Assembly (NCBI GenBank): GCA_030603365.1
Contig: JAUVXV010000010.1
Span: forward strand, 1-64,000
DNA from: Candidatus Heimdallarchaeota archaeon
Lineage (GTDB): Archaea > Asgardarchaeota > Heimdallarchaeia > Heimdallarchaeales > Heimdallarchaeaceae
Direction of reading: 5' to 3'
DNA length: 64,000 bases
Shown here: piece by piece, positions 20,604 to 29,683 of the stretch
Numbering within the stretch: the stretch's first letter is position 1
How the letters are laid out: each line of letters begins with the position of its first letter
Translations under genes and position numbers: made by a program
Notes under the pieces: model-generated
What the model saw: the letters and a program-made list of their open reading frames with translations, nothing else
What the model was told of the DNA's origin: nothing
Database searches by the model: none

Positions 20604-21455
20604 GTGGTTAACTATATAGATGTCCCTTGTAACGTAGTAAAGATGAGTAACTTAAGCTATAATGGGGTTAAGCTTATAGCTAGAGATGTAAAAAACCTTC
20701 AAGAATTAGAGAATGTTATAGGGGAAAAGATACCAGAAGTAAAGAGTGCTAGCATGTATAACTCGGGTTTCTCCAATAAAGAAGGTGTAGTTACTAAAAT
20801 AAGTTTACGTCAGAAGAAACTTAGGTATTTACCCGATAGTGTTTGTAATTTTACTGATTTGCAGGGATTATTTCTTAGAGACAACCTTCTAAAGGATCTA
20901 CCTAGTAGTATTAGAAATCTACATAGTTTAGAAGTGTTAGATGTTTTCAATAATCAAATTGAATCTCTTCCAGATAGTTTTGGAGAACTTAAGAAAGTAA
21001 GAAGTGTGGATCTATCTGTAAATCAAATTCATTATCTTCCAGAAAGCATTGGAAAACTAAAGGCGCTTTACAAATTTGGCCTTTACAACATTCAATTGAA
21101 AGCACTTCCCGAGAGTATTGGAGACATGATAAGCTTACAATCCCTTGGTGTATGGAAGAATCATTTAGAAGAACTTCCCGAATCTATAGGTAAGCTTAGT
21201 AATCTAGAAAAATTGTGGTTACAAGATAACAAACTTACAATATTACCTGATAGTATTGGGCAATTATCAAATCTAGTCGAATTGCAGATTTTCAACAATC
21301 CGATTAAAAAACTGCCAAACAACTTATCAAAATTACTAAAACTCCAGAAATTAGGTATTAATAGTAGAGATACAAAGAATCCTTGCAAGTTGAATGAACA
21401 ACTAGAAATATGGGTTGAACAACTTAAAACTAAAGGTTGTAAAGTACACTATTGA
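20604..21455 (+). CDS. Leucine-rich repeat protein
   Basis: About 8 repeats of 23 aa, LxxLxLxxNxLxxLPxSIGxL. The start is probably ATG 20643. Confidence 0.92.
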   Translation: MVNYIDVPCNVVKMSNLSYNGVKLIARDVKNLQELENVIGEKIPEVKSASMYNSGFSNKEGVVTKISLRQKKLRYLPDSVCNFTDLQGLFLRDNLLKDLPSSIRNLHSLEVLDVFNNQIESLPDSFGELKKVRSVDLSVNQIHYLPESIGKLKALYKFGLYNIQLKALPESIGDMISLQSLGVWKNHLEELPESIGKLSNLEKLWLQDNKLTILPDSIGQLSNLVELQIFNNPIKKLPNNLSKLLKLQKLGINSRDTKNPCKLNEQLEIWVEQLKTKGCKVHY

Positions 21456-21518
21456 GCTTTTTAAAGCTGTGAAGAAACTTAATATTCTTAAAGAGATTAC
21501 TCCGATTTAGGTGATGTT

Positions 21519-21911
21519 TTGAGTAATGATCCGCAAACAGAAACTGAAGTAAGAGCATTTTTTGATGAATTTATTGAAGCTTATCCGAAAGATAACATAC
21601 AAAGATATCTTGATCTTTTCCTACAGAATGAGAATCTTGTAATGTTTGGAACAGGAGAAAAATGGTTGGGATGGGAAGATTACAAAGGAGCACCAGCAGA
21701 AGACAAGGTAAGACATGGAAAGATTTCTCTAACATTTGACTGGTTAAAAGTAAACTCTCAAGGACCAGTTGCCTGGATTGCTGCTGAAATTAAAGTGAAT
21801 ATTGAAGTTGAAGGTGAATTGAGAGGTATTCCTGCCAGAATAACTGGTGTTGTAAAGAAAATTGAAAACAAATGGAAAATTGTTCAAGGACACATCTCGG
21901 TATCTGGATAG
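21519..21911 (+). CDS. SnoaL/NTF2-like protein
   Basis: G..AW...R.TGV..K....WKIVQGH.S pattern. Confidence 0.82.
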   Translation: MSNDPQTETEVRAFFDEFIEAYPKDNIQRYLDLFLQNENLVMFGTGEKWLGWEDYKGAPAEDKVRHGKISLTFDWLKVNSQGPVAWIAAEIKVNIEVEGELRGIPARITGVVKKIENKWKIVQGHISVSG

Positions 21912-22059
21912 AAAATTATTCCAAGATTGATCCAGTTCTATTAAATTTGGAAATTGGGGAGATGTAAGGCAAGCACTCCCTTTCAATAAGGTCCACTAAA
22001 CAACAAGCTTATGAGATTTATCAATAGTTTTTTTCCTTTCATTATAATGAAAAAAACTT

Positions 22060-23895
22060 ATGAGGGGTGTAACCTTAACATATACGGTAAAATTGAAAGT
22101 AAAATTATTCTTTTTTCTTTTATTTCTCATTTTTCCTGTAATTCATAGTCAAAATTTAACAAGTGGTATTCAAGCACTTGATTTAGAAAAGGAAGAACAA
22201 ATTATTCTAAACTATAAATCAAGTATAAAGCAAAAAGAATATATTGTCAATTATATCACCCACCCAACTATAGAGATTAAGTCCGACCTTGATTTTGGAA
22301 ATTATAGTTCTACAGGGATAGGTACCCATTATGATCCTTTTATAATTGAGAACTACAATATTACCACAACCAATGATACCGCTATTACTGTTGAAAGTAC
22401 TTCTAGATATTTTGTAATAAGAAACTGCTTACTAAGCGCAAAGATTCATGGTATATACTTGTACAACATCAGTTTTGGAACAAGTTTACTTGAAAACAAT
22501 AACTGTTCATTGAATAATGGTAATGGAATTTGGGGAAAATTCGCACATGGAGCAAAGTTTGTTAACAATACATGCTCAAATAACAGATTTTCGGGGATTC
22601 TTCTAAAAGAATGTAATAATGTAACCTTTAGCGAAAACTACTGTAAATTCAATCCTAGAGGAGGAATCATTTTAGATGATTGTTTGAATTCAGAAGTCGA
22701 AGATAATATAGTTATTAGGAATAGCTTTGTAGCAGGTATAAGACTACACTATTCCAATGGATCCAAAATAGTAAACAATGTTTGTATCAATAACGAGGTG
22801 GCAGGAATACTATGTGGCAGTTCAGATAATTCAATTATTAAAAACAATTACGTTTACAATGACAATGGCTGGGGAGGAATAGGTGTATCTGATTCATTAT
22901 CAGTTGTGATTTTAAATAATACTTCAAGTTCGGATAGAAAAGCTCTTTCAATTACCAGATCACCATACTCAAGTATTATCTCAAATACATTTCTCCTAAC
23001 TGGTATGGACATTGTTGAACCTCAAGATAAAACAAATTATCTTCTTTATACAGTCGAAGATAATACTGTAAATGGTAAGAAACTTGGTTTTTTTACTCAA
23101 ACTAGTAGAATGACCATAGATGAACCCTGTTATGGTCAGCTTATGTTTATTGATTGTCAGAAAATCACAGTAAAAAATCAAAGAAGTGAGGAAGGATTTC
23201 TAGGAATTTCTCTACATAATTGTATTTCAATAAAAATTAAGGATTCACAGATAACCAATAGTGATGCCGACATCAAAACTTGGGGAATTAGGGTTTATGA
23301 TTCTGAAGATATTGAAATAACAAATTGTATTTGTAGTAATGGGAGAGGTATTTATCTTGAGAACACACTGAATTCTTTGATCAAATCTAATCTATGTCAG
23401 GATGGTCCTGTCTATGGTATTAGTTTAGAATATTCTGAAAATTGTGAAATTGTGAATAATACTTGTATTTACAACAATTTTGGTGGAATTGAAATTAAAT
23501 GGTCAAAATACTGCGAGATAACCTACAATCGCATAGAACAAAATGGTTTTACTGAATTTGATGATTTTGGTTTAGAACTCTCTGGTTCTAATAACACATT
23601 ACATCACAACATATTTATCGCCAATGATTTCAATGGAACAGTTAATGCAATTGATGAGGGTTCTGCTAATATATGGTTTGATGAGAAATCTCTAGAGGGG
23701 AATTTCTGGGACACGTGGTCTGGAGATGGAGTATACAATATTTCTGGATCAGCGAATTCAATAGACCCCTATCCGCTCTCAGAAATTCCTGTTTATACTG
23801 AATCAGATTATTTTGCACTATATTTCTCCATTATTCTTATAGTTCCAATAATCACTTTCGCTATAATCAAATTAGTCTCAAAGAGGAAAAATTAA
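22060..23895 (+). CDS. NosD/right-handed beta-helix surface protein with C-terminal TM anchor
   Basis: G.GT..DPFIIEN, repeated N.C..N..GI.L and GNFW...Y.I.G....D.YPL motifs; TM helix plus KRKN tail. Confidence 0.85.
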   Translation: MRGVTLTYTVKLKVKLFFFLLFLIFPVIHSQNLTSGIQALDLEKEEQIILNYKSSIKQKEYIVNYITHPTIEIKSDLDFGNYSSTGIGTHYDPFIIENYNITTTNDTAITVESTSRYFVIRNCLLSAKIHGIYLYNISFGTSLLENNNCSLNNGNGIWGKFAHGAKFVNNTCSNNRFSGILLKECNNVTFSENYCKFNPRGGIILDDCLNSEVEDNIVIRNSFVAGIRLHYSNGSKIVNNVCINNEVAGILCGSSDNSIIKNNYVYNDNGWGGIGVSDSLSVVILNNTSSSDRKALSITRSPYSSIISNTFLLTGMDIVEPQDKTNYLLYTVEDNTVNGKKLGFFTQTSRMTIDEPCYGQLMFIDCQKITVKNQRSEEGFLGISLHNCISIKIKDSQITNSDADIKTWGIRVYDSEDIEITNCICSNGRGIYLENTLNSLIKSNLCQDGPVYGISLEYSENCEIVNNTCIYNNFGGIEIKWSKYCEITYNRIEQNGFTEFDDFGLELSGSNNTLHHNIFIANDFNGTVNAIDEGSANIWFDEKSLEGNFWDTWSGDGVYNISGSANSIDPYPLSEIPVYTESDYFALYFSIILIVPIITFAIIKLVSKRKN

Positions 23896-23970
23896 ACAGC
23901 GAGGTTATTTTCTCTTGACTATGAAAAAGCGATTTACTTATACTGAAAAAATTTTTCAATGCGTGTATGA

Positions 23971-24930
23971 ATGTTAACAATGATGAGAGAGAAACAAAAG
24001 CAAGATATCGAAATGTTTCTAGAGAAAGCTCAGGAGTTCTACTATAATGGAAATTTAAAGAAATCTATTGATCTGTTAGAAAAAGGAGAACCAATTGTCC
24101 ACAGTGAAGGATTTGAAGATTATCTCAAAATACAGTTTTATTTATTATACTGTGAGGTTCTTGTAGTAGCGATTTTCATGGAAAATAGTAGTTTCGAAAA
24201 AGCTATAGAAAAACTGCAATTTTGTGAGAAGCTAATACAAAACGGGAAATCGATAGAAAGCGCTAGAGCAAAATTGCAATATGCAATAGCTTGGGATTAT
24301 AAAGCAGCTTCAACTTCTGAAGAAAAAGAAGAGAATCTAAATAAAGCGGTTGAATATATTAAAGAAGCGATTGAAATACTAGAAATAGTTAAGAGTCCTA
24401 AGTATTTAAGTATGGCATATTTCTACTGTGGTTTGTTTTTTGAGAGAAGAAATCAACTTGAAGAAGCAAGTAAATGGTATAACAATTCATACCATCTAGC
24501 CAAGAATACGAATAACCCAATAGAGATGTCTTTTTCAAGCAGACATTTAGGTTTCTTAGAAATGAGGAATGAAGAACTAGAAAATGCGAAAAGATATTTA
24601 GTAGAGTCTTTGAAACTTAGGGAAGATTCAGGATTTCAAATCGGAATTCCTTTCTCAATACTCAGTCTTGGTGACGTACATGTTCGAATGAAAGATTATC
24701 AGAAGGCAATGGAATTCTATAAAACGGGGTATGAAGCCGCACTAAAGATCGGAATCAAAATTGCACAGGCTATGGGAGCAATTTCTATAGGTAGAACGTT
24801 CATAAGATTAAAACAGGCTGATGATGCAGTACCATATTTAGAGAAAGGAATCGAATTAGCTACACAAATGAAAAATACAGGTTTATTATCTTTAGCAAAA
24901 GAAACCCTAGAAACAAGAAGTGTTGAATAA
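23971..24930 (+). CDS. Tetratricopeptide repeat protein
   Basis: Repeated LG......A..Y...AL helical pattern. Confidence 0.8.
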   Translation: MLTMMREKQKQDIEMFLEKAQEFYYNGNLKKSIDLLEKGEPIVHSEGFEDYLKIQFYLLYCEVLVVAIFMENSSFEKAIEKLQFCEKLIQNGKSIESARAKLQYAIAWDYKAASTSEEKEENLNKAVEYIKEAIEILEIVKSPKYLSMAYFYCGLFFERRNQLEEASKWYNNSYHLAKNTNNPIEMSFSSRHLGFLEMRNEELENAKRYLVESLKLREDSGFQIGIPFSILSLGDVHVRMKDYQKAMEFYKTGYEAALKIGIKIAQAMGAISIGRTFIRLKQADDAVPYLEKGIELATQMKNTGLLSLAKETLETRSVE

Positions 24931-25003
24931 TCTATAGCATTATAGAAATTAGTCTTTAATATTATTAAGCTCTTTTTCAACTCTTCTAATCATTCTGCGA
25001 AGA

Positions 25004-26137
25004 TTATAGAGGGGAGGATGAAAGGGGATACATGTCCACTGAACCTGCATCACCATCTATTATGTAATTTCCTACCCCTAGGTAGTCTGACCAAAAATTG
25101 CCTAGAAGATTTACTGCATCATACCAGGTATTTGTATTTTCTATCCACCCATCATAAGCTTGAGATATTCCTCCTAAATAATTATCAATAAAAGCATTCA
25201 GATAAACTACATTGAGATAACATTCTATTGGTAACAGCAAACCATATTCCTCACAGTCCTGAAAGAGATTGAATTTGAATACTGAAAAAGAGGTGTGATA
25301 GACCAGTGCACCAAGATGTACGTGATCAATAGTATTGTTACAAATAGTTAGATTCAAACAATCCCAAAGTCTGAAACCTCTTCCTTCAAACTCATACAAT
25401 GGCGCATTATTTTGAAGAGTGTTGTTGAAAATATAACCATAACTTGTATTGTCCAAGTTTATGAGGTCGTTATCACATAATTGAATAAGATTATTGGAAA
25501 TAGTGTAGTTCGAAACCTCATGAAATTGTATGCCAAAAATAGTTTTAGAGATGAAACTATCAATACAGGTGATCAGTGATGAGTGAGTAACCTCAATTCC
25601 AGTATTGAATGATTGAATATTGTTTTCTATAAGAGTGCAGTTCTCTGAGGATGTAATCAAAATAGCATCTAATCCTGCTGAAGTTATGACATTTTCCTTG
25701 ATCAGAATGTTTTGTGAATCTGTTATTTTTATTCCTTCATAAGGTCCTACTTCCGGCCAAGAACCTTCTGTAATCTCGTTGTTGATTATTTTCGCATAAT
25801 CACTTCTTATATCATTTAATACTATACCAATATGGAATTCCGATATAGAACAATTACTAATTACAAAGTTCTTTGTAACATTCTGAACTATTATACCAAT
25901 ATACTTGCCATTAAAATCATAGTCAGCAATTAGATATGGATCTTCGATTGATCCTGAACCACTAAAATCATAATTCAAGAAGTCGTCATCAGAATAAATT
26001 TCAATACCATATTCTATCGTTCCAAAAAGTGAGAGGAACATATTCCAAAGGAAATAACCTACTACTGAAACTATTATCACCGTTACAATAATAATAGAAA
26101 TAACAATTACCATTCTCTTACTCCCTATTGGAGACAT
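25004..26137 (-). CDS. NosD/right-handed beta-helix protein with N-terminal membrane anchor
   Basis: GSGSIEDPYLI and GNFWSDY...DMYPL motifs; paralog of 22060 and 31570. Confidence 0.82.
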   Translation of the reverse strand: MSPIGSKRMVIVISIIIVTVIIVSVVGYFLWNMFLSLFGTIEYGIEIYSDDDFLNYDFSGSGSIEDPYLIADYDFNGKYIGIIVQNVTKNFVISNCSISEFHIGIVLNDIRSDYAKIINNEITEGSWPEVGPYEGIKITDSQNILIKENVITSAGLDAILITSSENCTLIENNIQSFNTGIEVTHSSLITCIDSFISKTIFGIQFHEVSNYTISNNLIQLCDNDLINLDNTSYGYIFNNTLQNNAPLYEFEGRGFRLWDCLNLTICNNTIDHVHLGALVYHTSFSVFKFNLFQDCEEYGLLLPIECYLNVVYLNAFIDNYLGGISQAYDGWIENTNTWYDAVNLLGNFWSDYLGVGNYIIDGDAGSVDMYPLSSSPL

Positions 26138-26235
26138 AACAAAGCACCATCTAGTGTTATAGGCGTTGCTCTATTTAAACAGTTTCAATTTCTACACTAG
26201 AGACAAAAAGCAAGGTTATCTGATTGGAAAGAGCT

Positions 26236-26769
26236 TTATTTACTCTCATTATCATGTAAAATTTTTTCTTCTACTTCTATTTCTTCTTTCTTTTTATTAG
26301 TAGTGATAAAGAAATAATATAACGCTAAGAAACAAGTAATCGTTGTTAAAGAAATGTAAATAGGGTTTCGATTTTTTAACACACTGAGCTTTAAATGAAA
26401 AGACACTGCAAAGCCAGCATCTGTTAATTCCAATGAGTTAATCTCTCCAGCATATATCAAATAGTCTGAAGGACCAGTCAGTGTTTCAGTGAAATTTGAA
26501 TTTATAGTTACTGTAACTCTTCCTTCCAAATCAGGAATATACAATGAAGACATATTAGATATAGAGATTTTGAATATTTTATGTCGAGTAGTATTGAAAA
26601 CAGCTTCAGTATATGTTATTCCTGCTAATATCTGAACTTCTTCGTCACCTTCTACTAGAAGAATCTCATCTGGGAAATAATATTTGAAAGAAATACTAAC
26701 TAAAGCTAAAGCTAGTATTGATGTAACGAGCAAATAAAACGCAATAGATTCGTGTTTTTTAGATGCCAT
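26236..26769 (-). CDS. Hypothetical membrane protein (2 TM)
   Basis: N- and C-terminal hydrophobic helices. Confidence 0.6.
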   Translation of the reverse strand: MASKKHESIAFYLLVTSILALALVSISFKYYFPDEILLVEGDEEVQILAGITYTEAVFNTTRHKIFKISISNMSSLYIPDLEGRVTVTINSNFTETLTGPSDYLIYAGEINSLELTDAGFAVSFHLKLSVLKNRNPIYISLTTITCFLALYYFFITTNKKKEEIEVEEKILHDNESK

Positions 26770-26844
26770 CTCTTTACCTCGTTGTGATAGTGTAGAATAT
26801 AAAACTTAAAAATATATTTGTTCAAAGATTAGATAGATTAGAAA

Positions 26845-27678
26845 ATGCTTATCGATTCCTTTGAAGCTAAAAGAATTTTAGAAGCCTTTGATGCAGGAAG
26901 AGATTCAATTTTAGCCTTCTTTGATTTACGTTTTACACAAGAGGAAGTAAGATTCAGACAAGGGAAGATTGTAATAGGGGACATCAGGTACAACCCAGAG
27001 GTATTAAGAAAGATTGCTAAAAATCCTGCTGTCTTTTTAGTGGAAGAAACACCAAGAATAGTAGCGTTCTTTGATCAAGGCTATTATAAGTTAGAACCAA
27101 TAGAAAATACTGCGCCTACCATAGAGATAGATGGTATTAGGATGCATAGAACCAAACATCTTACCCCTTTAGAAGATGCTAGGAATAAAATAAAGATAGT
27201 AGGGATTTCTGAAAATGAGGAAGTTCTAGATATTTGTACAGGGCTAGGATATACCGCCATAGAAGCTCATAGAAAAAAAGCTGTAGTTACTACTATCGAA
27301 AAAGACCCTAATGTTCTGGAGATAGCAGAATACAATCCATATTCAAGAGATCTGTTTAAGTGTGTTGAGAAGGAAGAGATAAGGCTTATTGTTGAAGATG
27401 CTACTGTTGCAATAAAATCATTTGAAGCTGATTCATTCGATGTGGTTCTTCATGACCCCCCAAGATTTGCTCTGGCTGGAGAGCTTTACTCTGAGAGTTT
27501 TTATAGAGAGTTGTATAGAGTTCTTAGAGATGGAGGAAGGATATTACATTACGTAGGTAAACCTGGATCAAAATATAGAGGTAAAGATTTCATAAGTGGA
27601 ATTCAACGAAGGTTAAACGATAGTGGTTTTCGAACTAAGAGAACAGAAGATAATGAGAGTGTTCTCGCATATAAGTGA
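26845..27678 (+). CDS. Class I SAM-dependent methyltransferase (predicted archaeal type)
   Basis: PTIEIDGIRMH, LDICTGLGYTA, HDPPRF..AGELYS and HYVG motifs. Confidence 0.85.
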   Translation: MLIDSFEAKRILEAFDAGRDSILAFFDLRFTQEEVRFRQGKIVIGDIRYNPEVLRKIAKNPAVFLVEETPRIVAFFDQGYYKLEPIENTAPTIEIDGIRMHRTKHLTPLEDARNKIKIVGISENEEVLDICTGLGYTAIEAHRKKAVVTTIEKDPNVLEIAEYNPYSRDLFKCVEKEEIRLIVEDATVAIKSFEADSFDVVLHDPPRFALAGELYSESFYRELYRVLRDGGRILHYVGKPGSKYRGKDFISGIQRRLNDSGFRTKRTEDNESVLAYK

Positions 27679-28370
27679 AGCAATGCAATTTATTAAGTAG
27701 TTTTTTTAAGCGTGTATTAATGCAAAAGGAACTGTATCTAACAGAAGATAATCAGCATCAAAAGATTACTTCATGGATGAAAGAATGCAAGTTAATGAGA
27801 AAGTATGTTGCATATGAATTAGATTCGTCTAAAGCAGCATTATTAGTTCTAGACATGCAAAACTTCTTTCTAGATGAAAATAATCATGCGTTTATTCCTA
27901 CAGCTAAGAATATTATCCCCAATATTCAGAAACTAATCAAATATTTCGATAAGAAAAGTAGACCCATTATTTTTACTCAACATATTGATACTGAAGGACC
28001 CAAGGAGATGATGACAAAATGGTGGAGAGATTCCATAGTTGCTGGAAGTGAAGATTCAAATATTATCCCCCAGCTTTTCACAAATCTTGGAGAAATGGTC
28101 ACTAAAAGTAGATATAGTGCATTTGAAAAAACTGATTTAGAATCAAAATTAAGAGAAAAAGGCGTTGAACAGCTTATTATTACTGGAATAATGTCTCATT
28201 TATGTTGTGAGACAACAGCTAGAGATGCTTTTATGAAAGATTTTGAAGTATTCTTTGTTGCAGATGCCAACGCCACATACACCGAAGAACTACATATAGG
28301 AACATTAAAAGCAATATCTCACGGATTTGGTACTTGTATCCCAACTGAGGGAATTGTAAATGACAGATGA
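27675..28370 (+). CDS. Isochorismatase-family cysteine hydrolase
   Basis: LDMQNFF, K.RYSAF and G...HLCCETTARDAF motifs. The start is likely ATG 27720. Confidence 0.88.
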   Translation: MKQCNLLSSFFKRVLMQKELYLTEDNQHQKITSWMKECKLMRKYVAYELDSSKAALLVLDMQNFFLDENNHAFIPTAKNIIPNIQKLIKYFDKKSRPIIFTQHIDTEGPKEMMTKWWRDSIVAGSEDSNIIPQLFTNLGEMVTKSRYSAFEKTDLESKLREKGVEQLIITGIMSHLCCETTARDAFMKDFEVFFVADANATYTEELHIGTLKAISHGFGTCIPTEGIVNDR

Positions 28371-29289
28371 AATCTATACTGATGTAGCAATAGTGGGAGG
28401 AGGTCCTGCGTGTTGTACAGCTGCAATACAGCTGGTTAGAAATGGTATAGAAATCAAATTAATTTCTGATGATATAGGAGGAAAAATCAGGAATGCTAAT
28501 TTAATTGAAAATCTACTTGGATTTCCTAAAGGAATCAGTGGAGAAGACTATGTGAGAATTCTCAAAAATCAGTATACTGAATTCAAGATTCCTATGATCA
28601 AAGGTATTGCTGAAGAGATTAAGACATTCAGAGAGAGATTCATAATAAGAACTGCTAAGAAAAAAATTGTTTGTAATCACACAATTGTTGGAACAGGGTC
28701 TATACCAATAAGAATGGGAATAGCGAATGAAGAAGAAGCATTCAAAAAGAAAAACCTCTATTATGAAAACTACAATGCTCGTAAGAATGTTAAAGGGAAA
28801 AGTGTGCTCATTATTGGAAGTGGAGATATTGCTTATGACTATGCAATGAATCTTAAAGAAACAGCTAATCACATTTCTATTGTACAAAGAACAAAAAGGA
28901 CTAAGAGTATACCTATTTTACAGGAAAGAGTTTCAAGACAAACGAACATCAGTGTACTCACAAACATTGTTCCAGAAAAAATCAAATTTGAACATAAAAA
29001 AATAATCTTAACAGGAAGAAGAGATGACAAAATCATTCCTTTAATGGCAGATACAATTTTAGTAGCAATTGGCAGAGAACCTAATATAGGCATGTTGTCA
29101 CCAGAATTATTAGCAGCATATGAAAAAGAAGAAGATATACCAAATATCTACTACATTGGAGATGTAAAAAAGGGAAACTACAGACAAGTATCTATAGCTA
29201 TGGGAGATGGGATGAACGCAGCGATGGAAATAGTAAAAAAGACAACTGCAGAGGAAGGTAACTACGGAATCAGAAGAGAGATATGGTAA
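28360..29289 (+). CDS. FAD/NAD(P)-dependent oxidoreductase, thioredoxin-reductase-like but lacking the redox CxxC
   Basis: VGGGPA, IEN..GFP.GISG, IIGSGD.A and GDV...RQ..IA.GDG motifs; overlaps the upstream gene; C-terminus YGIRREIW. Confidence 0.85.
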   Translation: MTDEIYTDVAIVGGGPACCTAAIQLVRNGIEIKLISDDIGGKIRNANLIENLLGFPKGISGEDYVRILKNQYTEFKIPMIKGIAEEIKTFRERFIIRTAKKKIVCNHTIVGTGSIPIRMGIANEEEAFKKKNLYYENYNARKNVKGKSVLIIGSGDIAYDYAMNLKETANHISIVQRTKRTKSIPILQERVSRQTNISVLTNIVPEKIKFEHKKIILTGRRDDKIIPLMADTILVAIGREPNIGMLSPELLAAYEKEEDIPNIYYIGDVKKGNYRQVSIAMGDGMNAAMEIVKKTTAEEGNYGIRREIW

Positions 29290-29390
29290 CTAAGAGTTAA
29301 CTAAATCATTCAGTTTTAAGTCTTGTACTTAATTTTTTTGTAAATAACCTCTTTTGATATGAAGATAAAAAAAAGGAAGAGGAGATAACA

Positions 29391-29683
29391 TATGGAATTA
29401 CTAGGGAAGTATGAGTTAGTTTCTCCTTCAGAACCCAAAGATTCTCAATTAGATCCTTTCGGGACTCCTCCTAAACTGGCGTGGCTTCGGGTTGGCATTG
29501 TATCATTTTTGATAGATGAAAAAAGGTTTTCATACAATCATTACCAGCCTCTGGAACAGTAAACTGTTCAAAGGATTCATCTCCTAATAAAGGGCACTCA
29601 TTATCGAATCAGTCAAATCAAAGAGACGACAGATTCTCGACCTCGCACATCGAATTTAGCAAAACGATGTATTCTATACAGAA
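29391..29683 (-). ncRNA. Putative TnpB omegaRNA: structured scaffold (~29683-29414) plus guide (~29413-29391)
   Basis: Lies directly 3' of tnpB. Hairpins at 29647-29670, 29554-29569, 29516-29533 and 29501-29514, the last two enclosed by ATTGTA/TACAAT. Contains a GAAGCCACGCC..TTTAGG motif reminiscent of TnpB right ends, followed by a T8 tract (29367-29374, minus strand). Confidence 0.65.
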
